DNA from: Calcarisporiella thermophila CBS 279.70
Lineage: Eukaryota; Fungi; Calcarisporiellomycota
NCBI RefSeq assembly: GCF_041956535.1
Contig: NW_027192220.1
Location: forward strand, 185,299 to 249,298
Length of the DNA stretch: 64,000 bases
Direction of reading: 5' to 3'
The notes under the pieces were generated by a model. The model had not been told where the DNA came from. It saw only the letters and a program-made list of their open reading frames with translations, and made no database searches. The translations under genes and the position numbers were made by a program. Shown here in pieces: positions 25,584-39,484 of this stretch (within the stretch, counting starts at the first letter, position 1; every line of letters starts with the position of its first letter).

Positions 25584-26915
25584 ATGCAAAAGCTCGTTCT
25601 GAGATCACTCCCCTTTAATGATGCCCAATCGCCTCTGAGTTGTGCTGGGCTTAGACCCTTCACGCCTTCGAGCCTAGATTCGACTCTGCGCTTTTTTCCT
25701 CGGGCGCAATCCCCGCATTCTATCTCCGTGCGTGTGATCGAGAATGATCCAAGGGAGGCCAAGTTCACCCTACTAATCGAGTTGCCCGAGAAAACTTACA
25801 CGATAACGCGTCAATACAAGGAGGTTGACTGCTTTGCGCGCGAGCTCATAAGGCAAGCAGAACCGGGCTGTAGGAGAGCCGCTGCAGCAAAAGAATTCTT
25901 GAGAATGGGGGAGATGGCGCATAAATATCGCCTCCTCAGACAACTTCGGTGTGGAAGAAAGGGGCCTGAGATGGACGAGGGGTATGTGGGCCTGTTCCTG
26001 TCATTGCTTCTGAAGGGGGTTGAGCATCCCCAGTCAGAAGACCGGTTGGTGGCCGAGTTTTTGTGCATTGTGCCAGAGCACGAGACTCGAATGAACGCGG
26101 GACAAAAGGTAGCGAAAAAAGCCACACATCGCGTTGAAGATCATAATAAGAGTAGTCTCTCCTTATGCATCCTTAATAGTAACCATCCGCCCGCCTCTCA
26201 TGATGTTCCGCCAGCGAACTACAGGACACCCATGGAGCCCCGAGGGATGTGGCGGCTGCCCGAGCATCCCCTCCGTGGCTCCACCCCCTCTCCTCTCAGA
26301 ATTTGCCCCTGTCAACTAGCGTTTTTCGATATTGAAGATGAAGAAGATAATGCGCCCTTTCGACCCCCGGCAGCCATAGCTGCGGAACTGGTAGGCAGCC
26401 ATTCTTTTCTCTACCTAGATCGCTTTTCCTATTACCCGTCGGGTTCTAACTCCTCCCTTCTCCAGGACCAATCCTCAGTCACACTGGTGCGTTCCTCAAA
26501 GGTCAAGCCTGCTCAAACCGTCCTTGAGGTTACTACGAAAAGCGCAGCGGATATTTCACGACCTTGTGTCCACTTTGCGGAAACTTCCACCACACCATTG
26601 GGCATTTTGGAGCCACAGGCTACGCCGGCTTTGGTGAGGCTACGAGTCATCATCGATCCCGATAAAATATTGTACCTCGAAGCGGAAGGAAGCACGTCGG
26701 GATTTCGCAAGGTTCTTGACCAAGTCAAAGCGGAGCTTGTCAGGGATGGCATAGCAACGAGGGAGTGTGCGTTAGGATGGTATGGGCTGGTGCACGCAGG
26801 GTCGAATAGGAGGGTGCAGCGCATTCTCCTACGGATTTCCAGCGAGGAGCAGTGGGTGCAGGCAGCGCATCTGTGGGATCGCGAGGAGACAGTCATTTTC
26901 ATGAATGAAGTCTGA
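25584..26915 (+). CDS. Intronless protein with a degenerate N-terminal PX domain and a C-terminal PB1-like domain
   Basis: About 443-aa open frame. FTLLIELPEKTYTITRQYKEVDCFAREL and YVGLFLSLLLK..EDRLVAEFL fit a PX pattern; VRLRVIIDPDKILYLE..FRKVLDQVKAEL..LRISSEEQWVQA fits a PB1 pattern. Confidence 0.6.
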   Translation: MQKLVLRSLPFNDAQSPLSCAGLRPFTPSSLDSTLRFFPRAQSPHSISVRVIENDPREAKFTLLIELPEKTYTITRQYKEVDCFARELIRQAEPGCRRAAAAKEFLRMGEMAHKYRLLRQLRCGRKGPEMDEGYVGLFLSLLLKGVEHPQSEDRLVAEFLCIVPEHETRMNAGQKVAKKATHRVEDHNKSSLSLCILNSNHPPASHDVPPANYRTPMEPRGMWRLPEHPLRGSTPSPLRICPCQLAFFDIEDEEDNAPFRPPAAIAAELVGSHSFLYLDRFSYYPSGSNSSLLQDQSSVTLVRSSKVKPAQTVLEVTTKSAADISRPCVHFAETSTTPLGILEPQATPALVRLRVIIDPDKILYLEAEGSTSGFRKVLDQVKAELVRDGIATRECALGWYGLVHAGSNRRVQRILLRISSEEQWVQAAHLWDREETVIFMNEV

Positions 26916-27043
26916 ATCTCTTGGAATTTTTTAATTATATATCCCTTGGTTTATTTAATTGATTGAAAGCACATGAATAAAACAACATCGGCATGTACAT
27001 ACTGATACATGGAAATATAGGAACAACCTTTATCCAACGGCAA

Positions 27044-28157
27044 CTATATCTTCAATGAAATCTTCCCTCTGACGCCCTTCTCAGATGCCTCCTGCGCCTT
27101 CGCTCCATCCTCCAGCGCATATGTTTGCGTCACCGCTCCCTTGAATTTGTCTCCCGCTTCCTCAAGAAACTTGACCATCTCTCCAAATTCTTTCACGGGA
27201 AGCGACACAATTTGCTTATACCTGCCATCGAAAATTAGTCGAGTGGCTATTTTGAACGCAAAATTGGCACCGCTCCATAGGCCAAGCGGCTCGGCCCCAA
27301 TATGCATGATGGACCACATGCCGTGACGTAGCGCCCCGCTTTCTTGAGCAGAGATTGCGCTCGGTAATAATAGTCGTCGCCTCCAACCAGATCAAGGACC
27401 ACATCAAACTGCTCTTCGTTAGCGAGCTCTTTCTTGAATGCTTGCTGAGTGTAGTCAATGACACGGTCCGCGCCCATCTCCCTGACATACTCTATATTTT
27501 TCCCCGAGCATACTCCCACAACATAAGCACCTGCAAGTTTCGCAAATTGCACGGCGAATACTCCGGTTCCCCCGGATGCCCCCAGAATAAGTACGCGTCT
27601 AGAACCAGGTGGTGTGATAGAACGAGGAAGAAGACCAAGGCTAAAGAGCCCATAGAATGACGTTAATCCAGCTGTCCCAGCGGCTGCAGCATCAGCAGAT
27701 GAAAGCTTTGGAGGGCGCTTGGCGACGTGGTCTTTACTTGGATTAATGGTGATGTATCTATACCGAAGAGATGTAATTCATTCCATCATCTTGTTTGTAC
27801 CCCTTTTTTTCTTTCACACTAATAAATACGCATTCAATGCCAGAAAACTTACTCGGAATAAGTGCCCTGCCCTGTTCCTAGCATGATAGTTCCACGCACC
27901 TGATCCCCGATGTCTTTGCCTACTTCCACAACTTCCCCGGCGAAGTCACCGCCCAGAGTAGAGGGGAGTTTAAGAGAAAGGGGGAAATTACCGCGACGAA
28001 TTTTCCATTCAGCCGGGTTAATGGAGGAATGAGTGATTCTCACCCGAATTTGAAGGTGCGCAGGTCGAGGGATTGGGACGGACGCCAATTTGAGGACCGA
28101 AGGGCCACCGTAGGCGGTTAGCTGAAGTGCCCTCATCTGTGTTGGTTCGTTTGACAT
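27044..28157 (-). pseudogene. MDR-family NADPH:quinone oxidoreductase, copy 1, frameshifted
   Basis: Paralog of the next two genes. A 1-nt deletion near 27311 (ggt cca _tc atg cat att) shifts the frame after YVTACGP, and there is a 5-codon deletion (GKD-----IGDQV). Confidence 0.75.
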
Positions 28158-28703
28158 ATTTGATATGAACAAAATGATTAAATATTGCTAGTCCAAAAGA
28201 CGTTTAACTCCATTCCCTCTCTTAAAACATTCCCTATATAGGCCTATTAATCTAATAGAGCTGAATCTGGGTTGCCAATTACCCCGGCTTGCCTTGCAAA
28301 GTGCGGATCTCACTGCAGCCCTATTTGGAGCCATCGGCTTGAGATAGAATCGGCCTGAAAATTACACTTATACATATGCACGTGTCATGCTCATTGCACA
28401 CCAACGTTACAGACGAGGGACACGTAAAAGTACAGTTAACATTACCGTGAACCACCCATTCAAATCAAAGTGTATTAAGACCTGATCATGTTGTTTTTTT
28501 CTGGGTTTCCGGCATTAAATATGGTTATTTAAATAAGGTGGGTTCATTTTCAACGAAACAATAATAGATACAATGGATGTAGATAGAGAACAGAAGGCAC
28601 ATGAAACAATGCAAATATGACAACTGTTGTGTTTAGTAGCGAAACGCTGGTTAATGGCCTCCCCAGTATACAGTGGATGATTATGCGGAGCTTGATGAGA
28701 TGT

Positions 28704-29853
28704 TTATTTTATTTCCAATGCAATTTTCCCCCGGACTCCTTTCTCCAATGCTTCATGCGCCTTTGCCCCATCCGCTAGCACATACGTCTGCGTCACCACT
28801 CCTTTGAACTTGTCGCCCGCCTCCTCAATAAACTGGAGCATCTCCTCATAATCTTTTAGCGGGAGCCCTACGATAAACTTGTACCCACCACTGAATAGGT
28901 AGTGGTAACCAACCTTGAATGCCATCTTGGCTCCGTTCCAGAGACCAACGCGTTCAGCTCCAATGTGACTGAGAGGCCCTACGGCCGTGACATAGCGTCC
29001 CCCTTGCTTGATCAAGGGTCTGGCTCGATGAAAGTAGTCGTCGCCTCCAACCAGATCAAAGACGACATCGAACTGCTCTTCGGTAGCAAGCTCTTTCTCA
29101 AATGCTTGCTGGGTGTAGTCTATGACACGGTCTGCGCCCATTTCCCTGGTATATTCTGCATTTTTCCCCGAGCATACTCCTACTACATAGGCACCCGCCA
29201 ATTTCGCAAATTGTATAGCAAATACGCCGGTGCCTCCTGATGCTCCCAAAACCAGGACGCGCTTAGAGCCGGGCGGTGAGTTAGAACGGGGGAGGAGGCC
29301 GAGGTTGAAGAGACCGTAGAATGATGTAAGGCCGGCAATGCCAGCAGCTGCAGCGATGTCAGAAGGGATGCCCGGGGGACGCTTGGCCACATGGTCATTA
29401 TTAGGAGTGACGATAACATATCTGTTAAAGGGACATAGTTCATTCAGTCCTTCCAACTACCTTTTATTTCGCAATTGCATGCTTGCAGCAGCAAAAGAAG
29501 GAAAAAAAATAAAATAAAATAACAAACACTTACTCAGCGTAGCTGCCCGCTCCTGCTCCCGGAAAAAGAAGTCCACAAACCTGGTCCCCGATTCTATATC
29601 CCTCGACGTCCTTGCCTACCTCCGCTACCTCCCCGGCGAAATCCCCGCCTATGTTGGCGGGAAGTTTAAGTGGGAAGGGAAGATTGCCGCGACGAATTTT
29701 CCATTCCACAGGGTTAATGGAAGAATGACGGACACGCACTAGGATTTGATTGTGCGCAGGTTGTGGGATCGGGACAGTGGCCAGCTGGAGTACGGATGGA
29801 TCGCCGTAGGCAGTCAGCTGAAGTGCTTGCATCAGGGCTGGGTCGGTTGACAT
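28704..29853 (-). CDS. Zinc-independent MDR-family NADPH:quinone oxidoreductase (RTN4IP1/Yim1/Ast1-like), copy 2
   Basis: SSINPVEWK, GGDFAGEV, VLVLGASGGTGVFAIQFAK, GADRVIDY and RGKI; one intron. Confidence 0.9.
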
Positions 29854-30324
29854 TTTGAGAGTTTTGGAGAGTCATATGAAATGCTTGGCTCTAATCCTTT
29901 TTCCTTCCACAAAACGTGCCTTATATACGCTTATTACTCGTCATATTAGAATTGCAATCCGCACAGCCTCCGAATAATGAGCTCTATTTCCCATGTAGAG
30001 TCAATTGGATTGATTCGAGTTTGTTACCCGCATGAACGACACCAGATTGCGACCTTCCTAGTCGAACTGATACCCAAAAATAGGCTTTCTCAATAACTCA
30101 GCCCAAATATTCCAAGCCAAAATTCTTGACTACCAGGGCAGCATAGGAAAGGAATTAAACTAGGCTACATGCATTAACAAAAGAGGTGGGCACAGCAGTT
30201 GGAATAGGTAAGAGTAACAAGTACATGAAATTACGCAAATATTACATTGCTATACTAGCCATCGAATCGTGGGTTAATGGGACTGATTGGTGCGCAGATT
30301 ACTAAGTGCTGCTAGAAAAGAGGT

Positions 30325-31436
30325 TTATTTTATTTCCAGTGCTATTTTCCCCCGGACGCCTTTCTCCAATGCTTCATGTGCTTTCGCCCCATCCGCTAGC
30401 GCATACGTCTGCGTCACCACTTTTTTGAATTTGTCGCCCGCTTCCTCAATAAACTGGATCATTTCTTTATAATCTTTAGCTGGAAGCAAAAGAATTATTT
30501 TATATCCGCTATTGAAAAGAAAATGATAGCCGGTCTTGAACGCCACCATGGCACCGTTCCAGAGACCAACGCGTTCAGCTCCAATGTGGCTGAGGGGCCC
30601 TACTGCCGTGACATAGCGGCCCCCTTGCTTGATCAAAGGTTTGGCTCGATAATAATAGTCATTGCCTCCGACCAGATCTAGGACCACATCAAACTGCTCT
30701 TCGGCAGCAAGCTCTATCTCGAATGCTTGCTGGGTGTAGTCAATGACACGGTCCGCGCCCAATTCACGTGCGTATCCTGCATTTTTCCCCGAGCATACCC
30801 CTACAACATAGGCACCCGCCAGTTTCGCAAATTGCAGGGCAAATACACCAACGCCTCCCGACGCACCTAAGACAAGCACACGCTTGGAACCCGACGGTGT
30901 AATAGAGCGGGGGAGGAGGCCGAGGTTGAAGAGACCGTAGAAAGCCGTAAGGCCGGCAATGCCAGCGGCGGCAGCGTCGGCAGAAGGAAGGTTAGGGGGA
31001 CGCTTGGCGACGCGATCCTTACTCGGATTGACAGTAATGTACCTGTCGAAGAGATTAAAGATATTCAATTCGTTGCATGTTCTCCTTTGTATAATTTTTT
31101 TAGGCGGAAAACCTACTCCGCGTATGTCCCTGTTACGAATCCCGGAAACACCATCCCACACACTTCATCGCCAACTTGATACCCTTCAACTTCTTTGCCT
31201 ACTTCCGCTACTTCCCCCGCGAAATCACCGCCGATAATGGCGGGGAGTCTAAGAGGAATGGGAAGATTACCGCGACGCATCTTCCATTCCACCGGGTTGA
31301 TAGAGGAATGACGAATACGGACCAGAATTTGATCGGGTGCAGGTTGTGGAATCGGGACCGTAGCCAACTGAAGTACCGAAGGATCGCCATAGGCCGTCAG
31401 CTGAAGTGCTTGCATCTGGGTTGGCTCTTTCGACAT
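30325..31436 (-). CDS. Zinc-independent MDR-family NADPH:quinone oxidoreductase, copy 3
   Basis: Same motifs and same intron position as copy 2 (after YAE), with an intact frame. Confidence 0.9.
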
Positions 31437-32225
31437 GTTTGAGGTCTTGGAAAAATAGATCGAGGGGATTAAATTTTTTACGAAAAACGACTTTATAAAC
31501 CTATATAAAGGATTTAAACCATCGATTGGGATTTCGCGATTTCTATGTAGAGTTCTAGGTTGCATAAACCACGAGTAGGATTGCAATATCGATTGAAAAT
31601 TCTTCCAATTTTCAGCTGAAAAAGGATATCACCCCTATCACGCTCGACCTATGACGCAGACAATTAAGATTGTATTGCTTCACTTCTCAGTTCTTTTTTA
31701 TTTTTAAATGAGCTCCTTGGAACTATAAGGATAATTCCAAATAAAATCAGACCATTGATTTTAATAGCACAATGGAAATAAGCGCGTAAATTAATATTTT
31801 TAGCATGTAAATTATTGTTAACCCTGTCATTATTTATCCTAATCGCCAAACGTGTACTGTAATAAATGCTCTGTAGTTAATGGTTTGCATCTTAGAAAAC
31901 ATCATAGTGCATTTAACAACATTGTTATTTCTGAGAAGCTTATTTGATAATCTGGCGTACTATAAGCATATAAAGGGATAAACTATTGCATTAGAGATAT
32001 GGACTGTTGTTTTACAGAAAGCTAGGTTTAAATCGTGGTGTTCCGACTATAGCAAGGGTAACTCCAACAAGGGTTCGCAAATTTCTTCAGAAATAATGTA
32101 AATGTCACCAAAATAAAAAGGCACATTTTTGGTAAGTGGGAATCCTAAAACCACAGTTAGATAGTCCTTGTAACCACAACTTATTTCTTGACAATTGAGT
32201 CTCTATATTGTGCCAAGTTAAAATT

Positions 32226-32882
32226 ATGAAGATTTATGCTTCAATTCTGTTGCTATTGTTGGCTGCGAGTGGGAGTAGGGCGTATGACGAAGATGTGACT
32301 TCAGCCTTGGTCAAAGGATTCAAGGGGGACTACGCCGCGGCAAACCAAAATCTCGCAAAGCTTACACCAGTAAAAAGAGAGCGCTATCTAAAATTTCTTA
32401 AAGATACCGACGACAAGATTGGTTTCGACCCCCGCAAGCATGTTCCAAAAATGGATGTTCCAGCTGCCTATGCTCAAGCTAGTGCGGGCTTTAGGATGCT
32501 TCTTAACGGCAAGTCTGATAAAGCATTTAAACTTTTCAGCAAGGGGGTCGCCCATCTCAAGCCTAGGTACGACAAGTGGAAGGCGAGCTTAGTTAAGAGC
32601 AACGGCGGTCAACTGCCCTATCTGGGGCCTGAAATGGAGCGGATCCTTAACAAAAATTTGCCCGTTGGAAAATGTGCAGATGCACCTTGCGATGTGCAGC
32701 ATTTGATCCCATTTGACGACGCTCCCATTGGTCGTGAATTTTGGAATGCGCTCGTTGCTTTTGCAGATAAGATTGCAGCTATACCGCTTAATTTCCCTCC
32801 TGGCGCCAACGAAGATGAGTATCTACAAGATCCCAAATATAAACCCGAATACAAACTCCCGTACAATAAGGATTCTTCATAA
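32226..32882 (+). CDS. Secreted hypothetical protein, 218 aa, intronless
   Basis: Signal peptide MKIYASILLLLLAASGSRA, then a helical-looking Lys/Ala-rich body with one Cys pair (CADAPC). The ORF is GC-richer than its AT-rich flanks. Confidence 0.8.
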   Translation: MKIYASILLLLLAASGSRAYDEDVTSALVKGFKGDYAAANQNLAKLTPVKRERYLKFLKDTDDKIGFDPRKHVPKMDVPAAYAQASAGFRMLLNGKSDKAFKLFSKGVAHLKPRYDKWKASLVKSNGGQLPYLGPEMERILNKNLPVGKCADAPCDVQHLIPFDDAPIGREFWNALVAFADKIAAIPLNFPPGANEDEYLQDPKYKPEYKLPYNKDSS

Positions 32883-33270
32883 CTTAGGTTGTGAAGAATC
32901 CTTATTGTAACTAACTATTGGTTGTTACTTATCATTGTAATTCAGAACTACAACAGCTGCCCTTTAACAGTTGTTTGTTCACAATATTGTTCTCTATATG
33001 CAAAAAGATAATATGGTATCCATTGAAGATCCTTTGGCATTTCTTTTGTAAAAATATTGACATGCAAAGAGACCCAAAACTAGTAATAAAGCGTGTAAGA
33101 GAAGTGAAGGATGATTTATAACATGATAAAGGGAGAATAAAATATATACATTGTTTGATATATATATATAATATCGGTATCCAATTGAATGGAAATTTAC
33201 TCCGCATACGAGTTTTCGATAATGTATACTCTAACCTAAGTCCGAAAACATATGTAATTCGAAAAATCCC

Positions 33271-33886
33271 GTGAGGTGGATTGTTAGGGGGGCTATCTAT
33301 CTACGTGAATACGACTATGTCGTTTGGCATCGTAAAGGTTCTCTAAATCCTGCTGACGCTCTTTCCGGACTCCCTGTCAATATGATTGGCGAAGGCGAGG
33401 ACGGGTCCATAGAGGGTGACGGAGTGGATGGTGAAGCGGCGATAGAGAACGGCGACGGTCAGAGAAAGAGGATAAGATTAGCTATAGACCTTGCGAAATG
33501 GATCGCAATTTATAAATACTTGACTGTGTTTCGGTATCCGAATGATTGCAATGAAAGAATGTGGCGCAAAATACGAAGATGATCGGCAAGCTTCCGAGAG
33601 GAAAATGGGAAACTGATTCTACGCAAGTCTCGGGTGGAGTATCCAATTGTGGTGCTTCACACTGGTATCGCGGAGGCGACGGTTTGGAGGGTTCACGAAG
33701 AGAGCCATTGTGGTATCAACAACACCTGGCGCAAGTAGAAAGAACGGTTTACTGGACCGCGACTGTTCGAAGTGGCCAAAAGCGTTGTTCGTTCTTGTAT
33801 TCGCTGCCAGGAGCGGAGAAAGGTCCGAAGAACTGTGGCCGGTCGAGAGCGGTAGGGTGTTCGAAATAGCGGGCATGTCCAACTAG
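33271..33886 (+). mobile_element. Ty3/Gypsy LTR-retrotransposon pol remnant (end of RNase H, linker and integrase HHCC zinc finger)
   Basis: YLREYDYVVWHRKGSLNPADALS (RNase H C-terminus), and VHEESHCGINNTWRK*KERF..VAKSVVRSCIRCQ (integrase zinc finger with an in-frame stop). Confidence 0.88.
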
Positions 33887-35253
33887 ATTTCCTTTGCATA
33901 AAAGTTTTCAAGAGCGATTACTCTAAATGATGAAGTAAATTAGTAGTATATAAGAACAAATATGCTTTTTATAAACATGATGTAAGATGAACATATCCTA
34001 GTGAAACGCGGTTCGAATGGTAGACAAAGATCTCGATAAAAATAGAAAACCGGTCTTTATTAGTAATATAATAATCGTAATAATAAATGATATATTCTCA
34101 ACTTGATAAAAATAGAAGATCGGTGAGTAGTAATAAAATAGATTAAATGGGTATATATGAAAAATAATGAATTAATTAATATGGATATGGCTTTTCTGAA
34201 GGATAACTAATAAATGCAGCATTTATTAAACAATAAACAAATAATAAAAAGGCAGCAATAAACTATCCCTATTCATAAAAGTATGATGAGTGAAATTAAC
34301 CGCCACATTACGAAACTTACTGCAGGTGAACCTGTTACACCTCGGCTCAAAAATTGAGCCCACGAAGGTATATTTTAGACTATTGATTTTTTCTTGCATT
34401 AGCTGAGGTGTCTATTCGATATCTGAGGCATGCGGATGGATTCCTTCGAGTTATAAATCATTTTACTATGAGTTTCTCGGACATTTTCTACCCCTCTTCG
34501 ATCTATTAACTGAATATAAAATTAGTATATAAGTTTTAATAGAAGTTAGTGTGTTGTATTTTTTAAAGTTGTTATAATAAATGTGATTCTAACGCAGTTA
34601 ATTTAAATTGTTGCTGCAATGCAGATAGCATCATCAGATGAATCGGTATATGCAGATGCTAATGAAGCCTTCTGCTCAATTATTTATCGGCGGTTGGATA
34701 GAGGCTCACACTTGTGGAATCCTCGCTGCATCATTGATTAAAGAGTATATTAGAATCGGATGAGAAAAGCTTTTTGCGGAACCTTCATGATTGGGATTTT
34801 AGCGAATTAAGAGTTAAGGATAGACTGGATAAGGAGTAGGGCAAAAAGCAAACAGAGCAGATAGCTAAAATGGATAGAGTGCATATGTTCATTTATATTA
34901 AAGAATGGTGTATGTTATTATGAGATTTGCAACCTAATCTTATCTTGTAGAAGCTACCTCCATCAATATCTGATATATACTCTTTCCTGTAAATGTACTT
35001 ACACAAAGTTACAATATTAATTTAAAAGTCTCACTTAATCAAATAAGATATTTTTGAATATGAAAGGAAATGAACATACATAGAGCAAATAAAGCTAAAT
35101 GACCATACAATGTATCACACGAGCAAGTAATGGGAATTTCAATTGAGATAATATGAAAAGAAGGGGATTCTTTAATTATTATTACTATATATATATTTAT
35201 TATAGTACCCTTTCCCGTAATTTGTGATTAATGATTCAAAAATCAGCAAAAAG

Positions 35254-35493
35254 TTATTCATTTACACACACATTGCCATGAGCCGGATTTAGCAATCCAA
35301 CAACGTTAATAGTATTACCACATGCATTGACCGGCACTTCGACTGGGACCTGGATAGCATTTCCATTCACGACTCCAGGGTTATTTACCGCTGCCCCATC
35401 CACACCATCAGGACTTATCTCTAACGGAGCTCCTTTCGATTGTGCAGCGAAAAATAAAAGAAAGAAACCAACATATACTGAAGTATATTTCAT
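35254..35493 (-). CDS. Secreted short chaplin (DUF320 / ChpD-H-like), 79 aa
   Basis: Signal peptide plus GAAVNNPGVVNGNAIQVPVEVPVNACGNTINVVGLLNPAHGNVCVNE, the chaplin domain with both conserved Cys. Intronless, with a TATA-like TATATAAG about 190 bp upstream. Confidence 0.93.
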   Translation of the reverse strand: MKYTSVYVGFFLLFFAAQSKGAPLEISPDGVDGAAVNNPGVVNGNAIQVPVEVPVNACGNTINVVGLLNPAHGNVCVNE

Positions 35494-36471
35494 ATCGGCA
35501 AAGGGTATATAGACTTTGGAGGGGAAAAAGGGATCGAATAACTTATACCTTTCGAAAGGTTGGAAAGAAAAACAATAATTGTAATCTATGGATAAATCGA
35601 AATAGTTGTGAGTACTGGCGTTATACTAACAGTTGAAAAGAACTGGTTGAAAAAAAATAGGTTGAGAATAGTATGGGCTCCTTATATATGATATGCGTAC
35701 TAGCCGTTAAGTGTTCGGTGTGTTTTCACTGTAACCGAATCTATTACCCCGGCGAAGGAGGCTTGCAGAACGCACCACATGAAGCATTTATAATTCCATT
35801 TAAAGAGTTATGGAAAAGTCGAATATTGTAGTGGAGCGAATAGCTAGTAGAGCAAGCACCATTTAACTTATTTTTCAAAATTATGCATCTTATCACGAAA
35901 CCTACATACTATATCATCATGCAGGAGTTGTCCCCATTGATATCTGATTTGTCTGCCTACCTGCAATAGACCCTGTACGAAGAAATGTTTGTAAATTAGT
36001 GTACATAAGAATAAATAGGCTTTTTATGAATATGTAGCAAGATGAGTATAGATAGAGCAAGTGTTGCTAAGTGGTTGTCTAATGAATCGTGCAGTCCAAT
36101 ATTGACTTATTACTTTCTGTGGTTTTGGTGATATTCAGATAAGCTCAGAAGCTAAAACGCATCAGCCTCCTTTTCGCTCTGTTGAACAACTCCTTGTGAT
36201 GCTAACAAAAATATTAAATTTCGCTGGATAAGAACACGGTGATCCGCAAAAATGGAAAAACAATGGAGGCTGCATCTACATTGAATGATGTCCCTCATAA
36301 AGCCTTAGCCGAAACGAATTTGCCAACATTTCTCATTATATTAGTGAAGACAAAATTGAGCTTTTCATCTCTAGTAGGAAAACTAAGGATCGAATACTAA
36401 CCTAACCTAAATCTTCGCTCATTTTATTTTCCGTTGCAATCTTTTGGTCTCTATAGAGATTCACTATTGCG

Positions 36472-37271
36472 ATGTACGGTAATAAAGGCATGGGATCCAC
36501 CGCGCTCAAGCGGTTAATGACTGAATATAAAGGTACGAAATTTGATTTAAGCGATCTATCAAAATTTGTTTCTAATGCCTTCTTCCTCGTTAGAATTGAC
36601 CGTCAACGCACCTGAAGGGATCGTTGCCGGTAATTATACTTTTGACATGCTGCCGAAATAAGAGTTTTTCATTTTTTTTCCATTTTTTGTTCTTCTTTTT
36701 AACATGTTATTAGGTCCAGTTACAGAAGAAAATTTCTTCGAATGGGAGGCTCTCATTGCGTAATTGCTTTATTCATCACTTCCATTGGATATCTCTAATG
36801 CTTTTCTTTTATTCTAACCATTAGTGGGCCTGAAGGAACTCCTTACGAAGGAGGACTTTTCTCCGCAATCCTCACATTCCCCCGAGATTATCCTCTGAGC
36901 CCCCCCACTATGAAGTTCACCTGTCCCATGTTTCACCCTAACATTTACCCGGATGGCACGGTATGTATTTCAATTCTTCACCCACCCGGTGACGATCCCA
37001 ATATGTACGAAAGCAGTTCAGAGCGGTGGTCCCCAGTTCAGAGCGTGGAGAAAATTTTGCTGAGCGTGGTGAGTATGCTAGCGGAACCAAACGATGAAAG
37101 TGGTGCCAATATTGAGGCTTGCGTAAGTACTCTACCCTTCCAGAAAAGATGTACGTTGAATTTCCAGGTAATTTATCTCACTTGTGCGCAACATAGAAAA
37201 TATGGCGATCCGATAGAGAGGCCTTCAATAAAACGGTGCGAGACAGTGTACGACAGACTTTGGGACTGTAA
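36472..37271 (+). CDS. UBC7: Ubiquitin-conjugating enzyme Ubc7 / UBE2G2
   Basis: [73 protein letters not shown]; four introns. Confidence 0.96.
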
Positions 37272-37585
37272 AAGGCCTGTTTAATGATGTGCTATGTGAT
37301 TCTTCTCGCTTTCCCCTGAGTTACCTTTGATTATTTTCCTCTCCCCCCTTTTTCTTTCCTCTCATCTACAAATATGAATCGTGTTACCTTTTTACAGATT
37401 TTAGTATCTTTAAAATGATAAGAATCTACTTGGTTGGATCTTATTACCTTACTGAATCCTGTATTTGAATGACTGAAGAAAATGAAGAGAAATGAACAGC
37501 TTTATTTTCGAACAGAGGAAATAGATATAAAAAACTAATTATTTTATTTGCTAGATTTATATGATCATTTAAAAAAGAAATTCGT

Positions 37586-39484
<1,899 letters not shown>

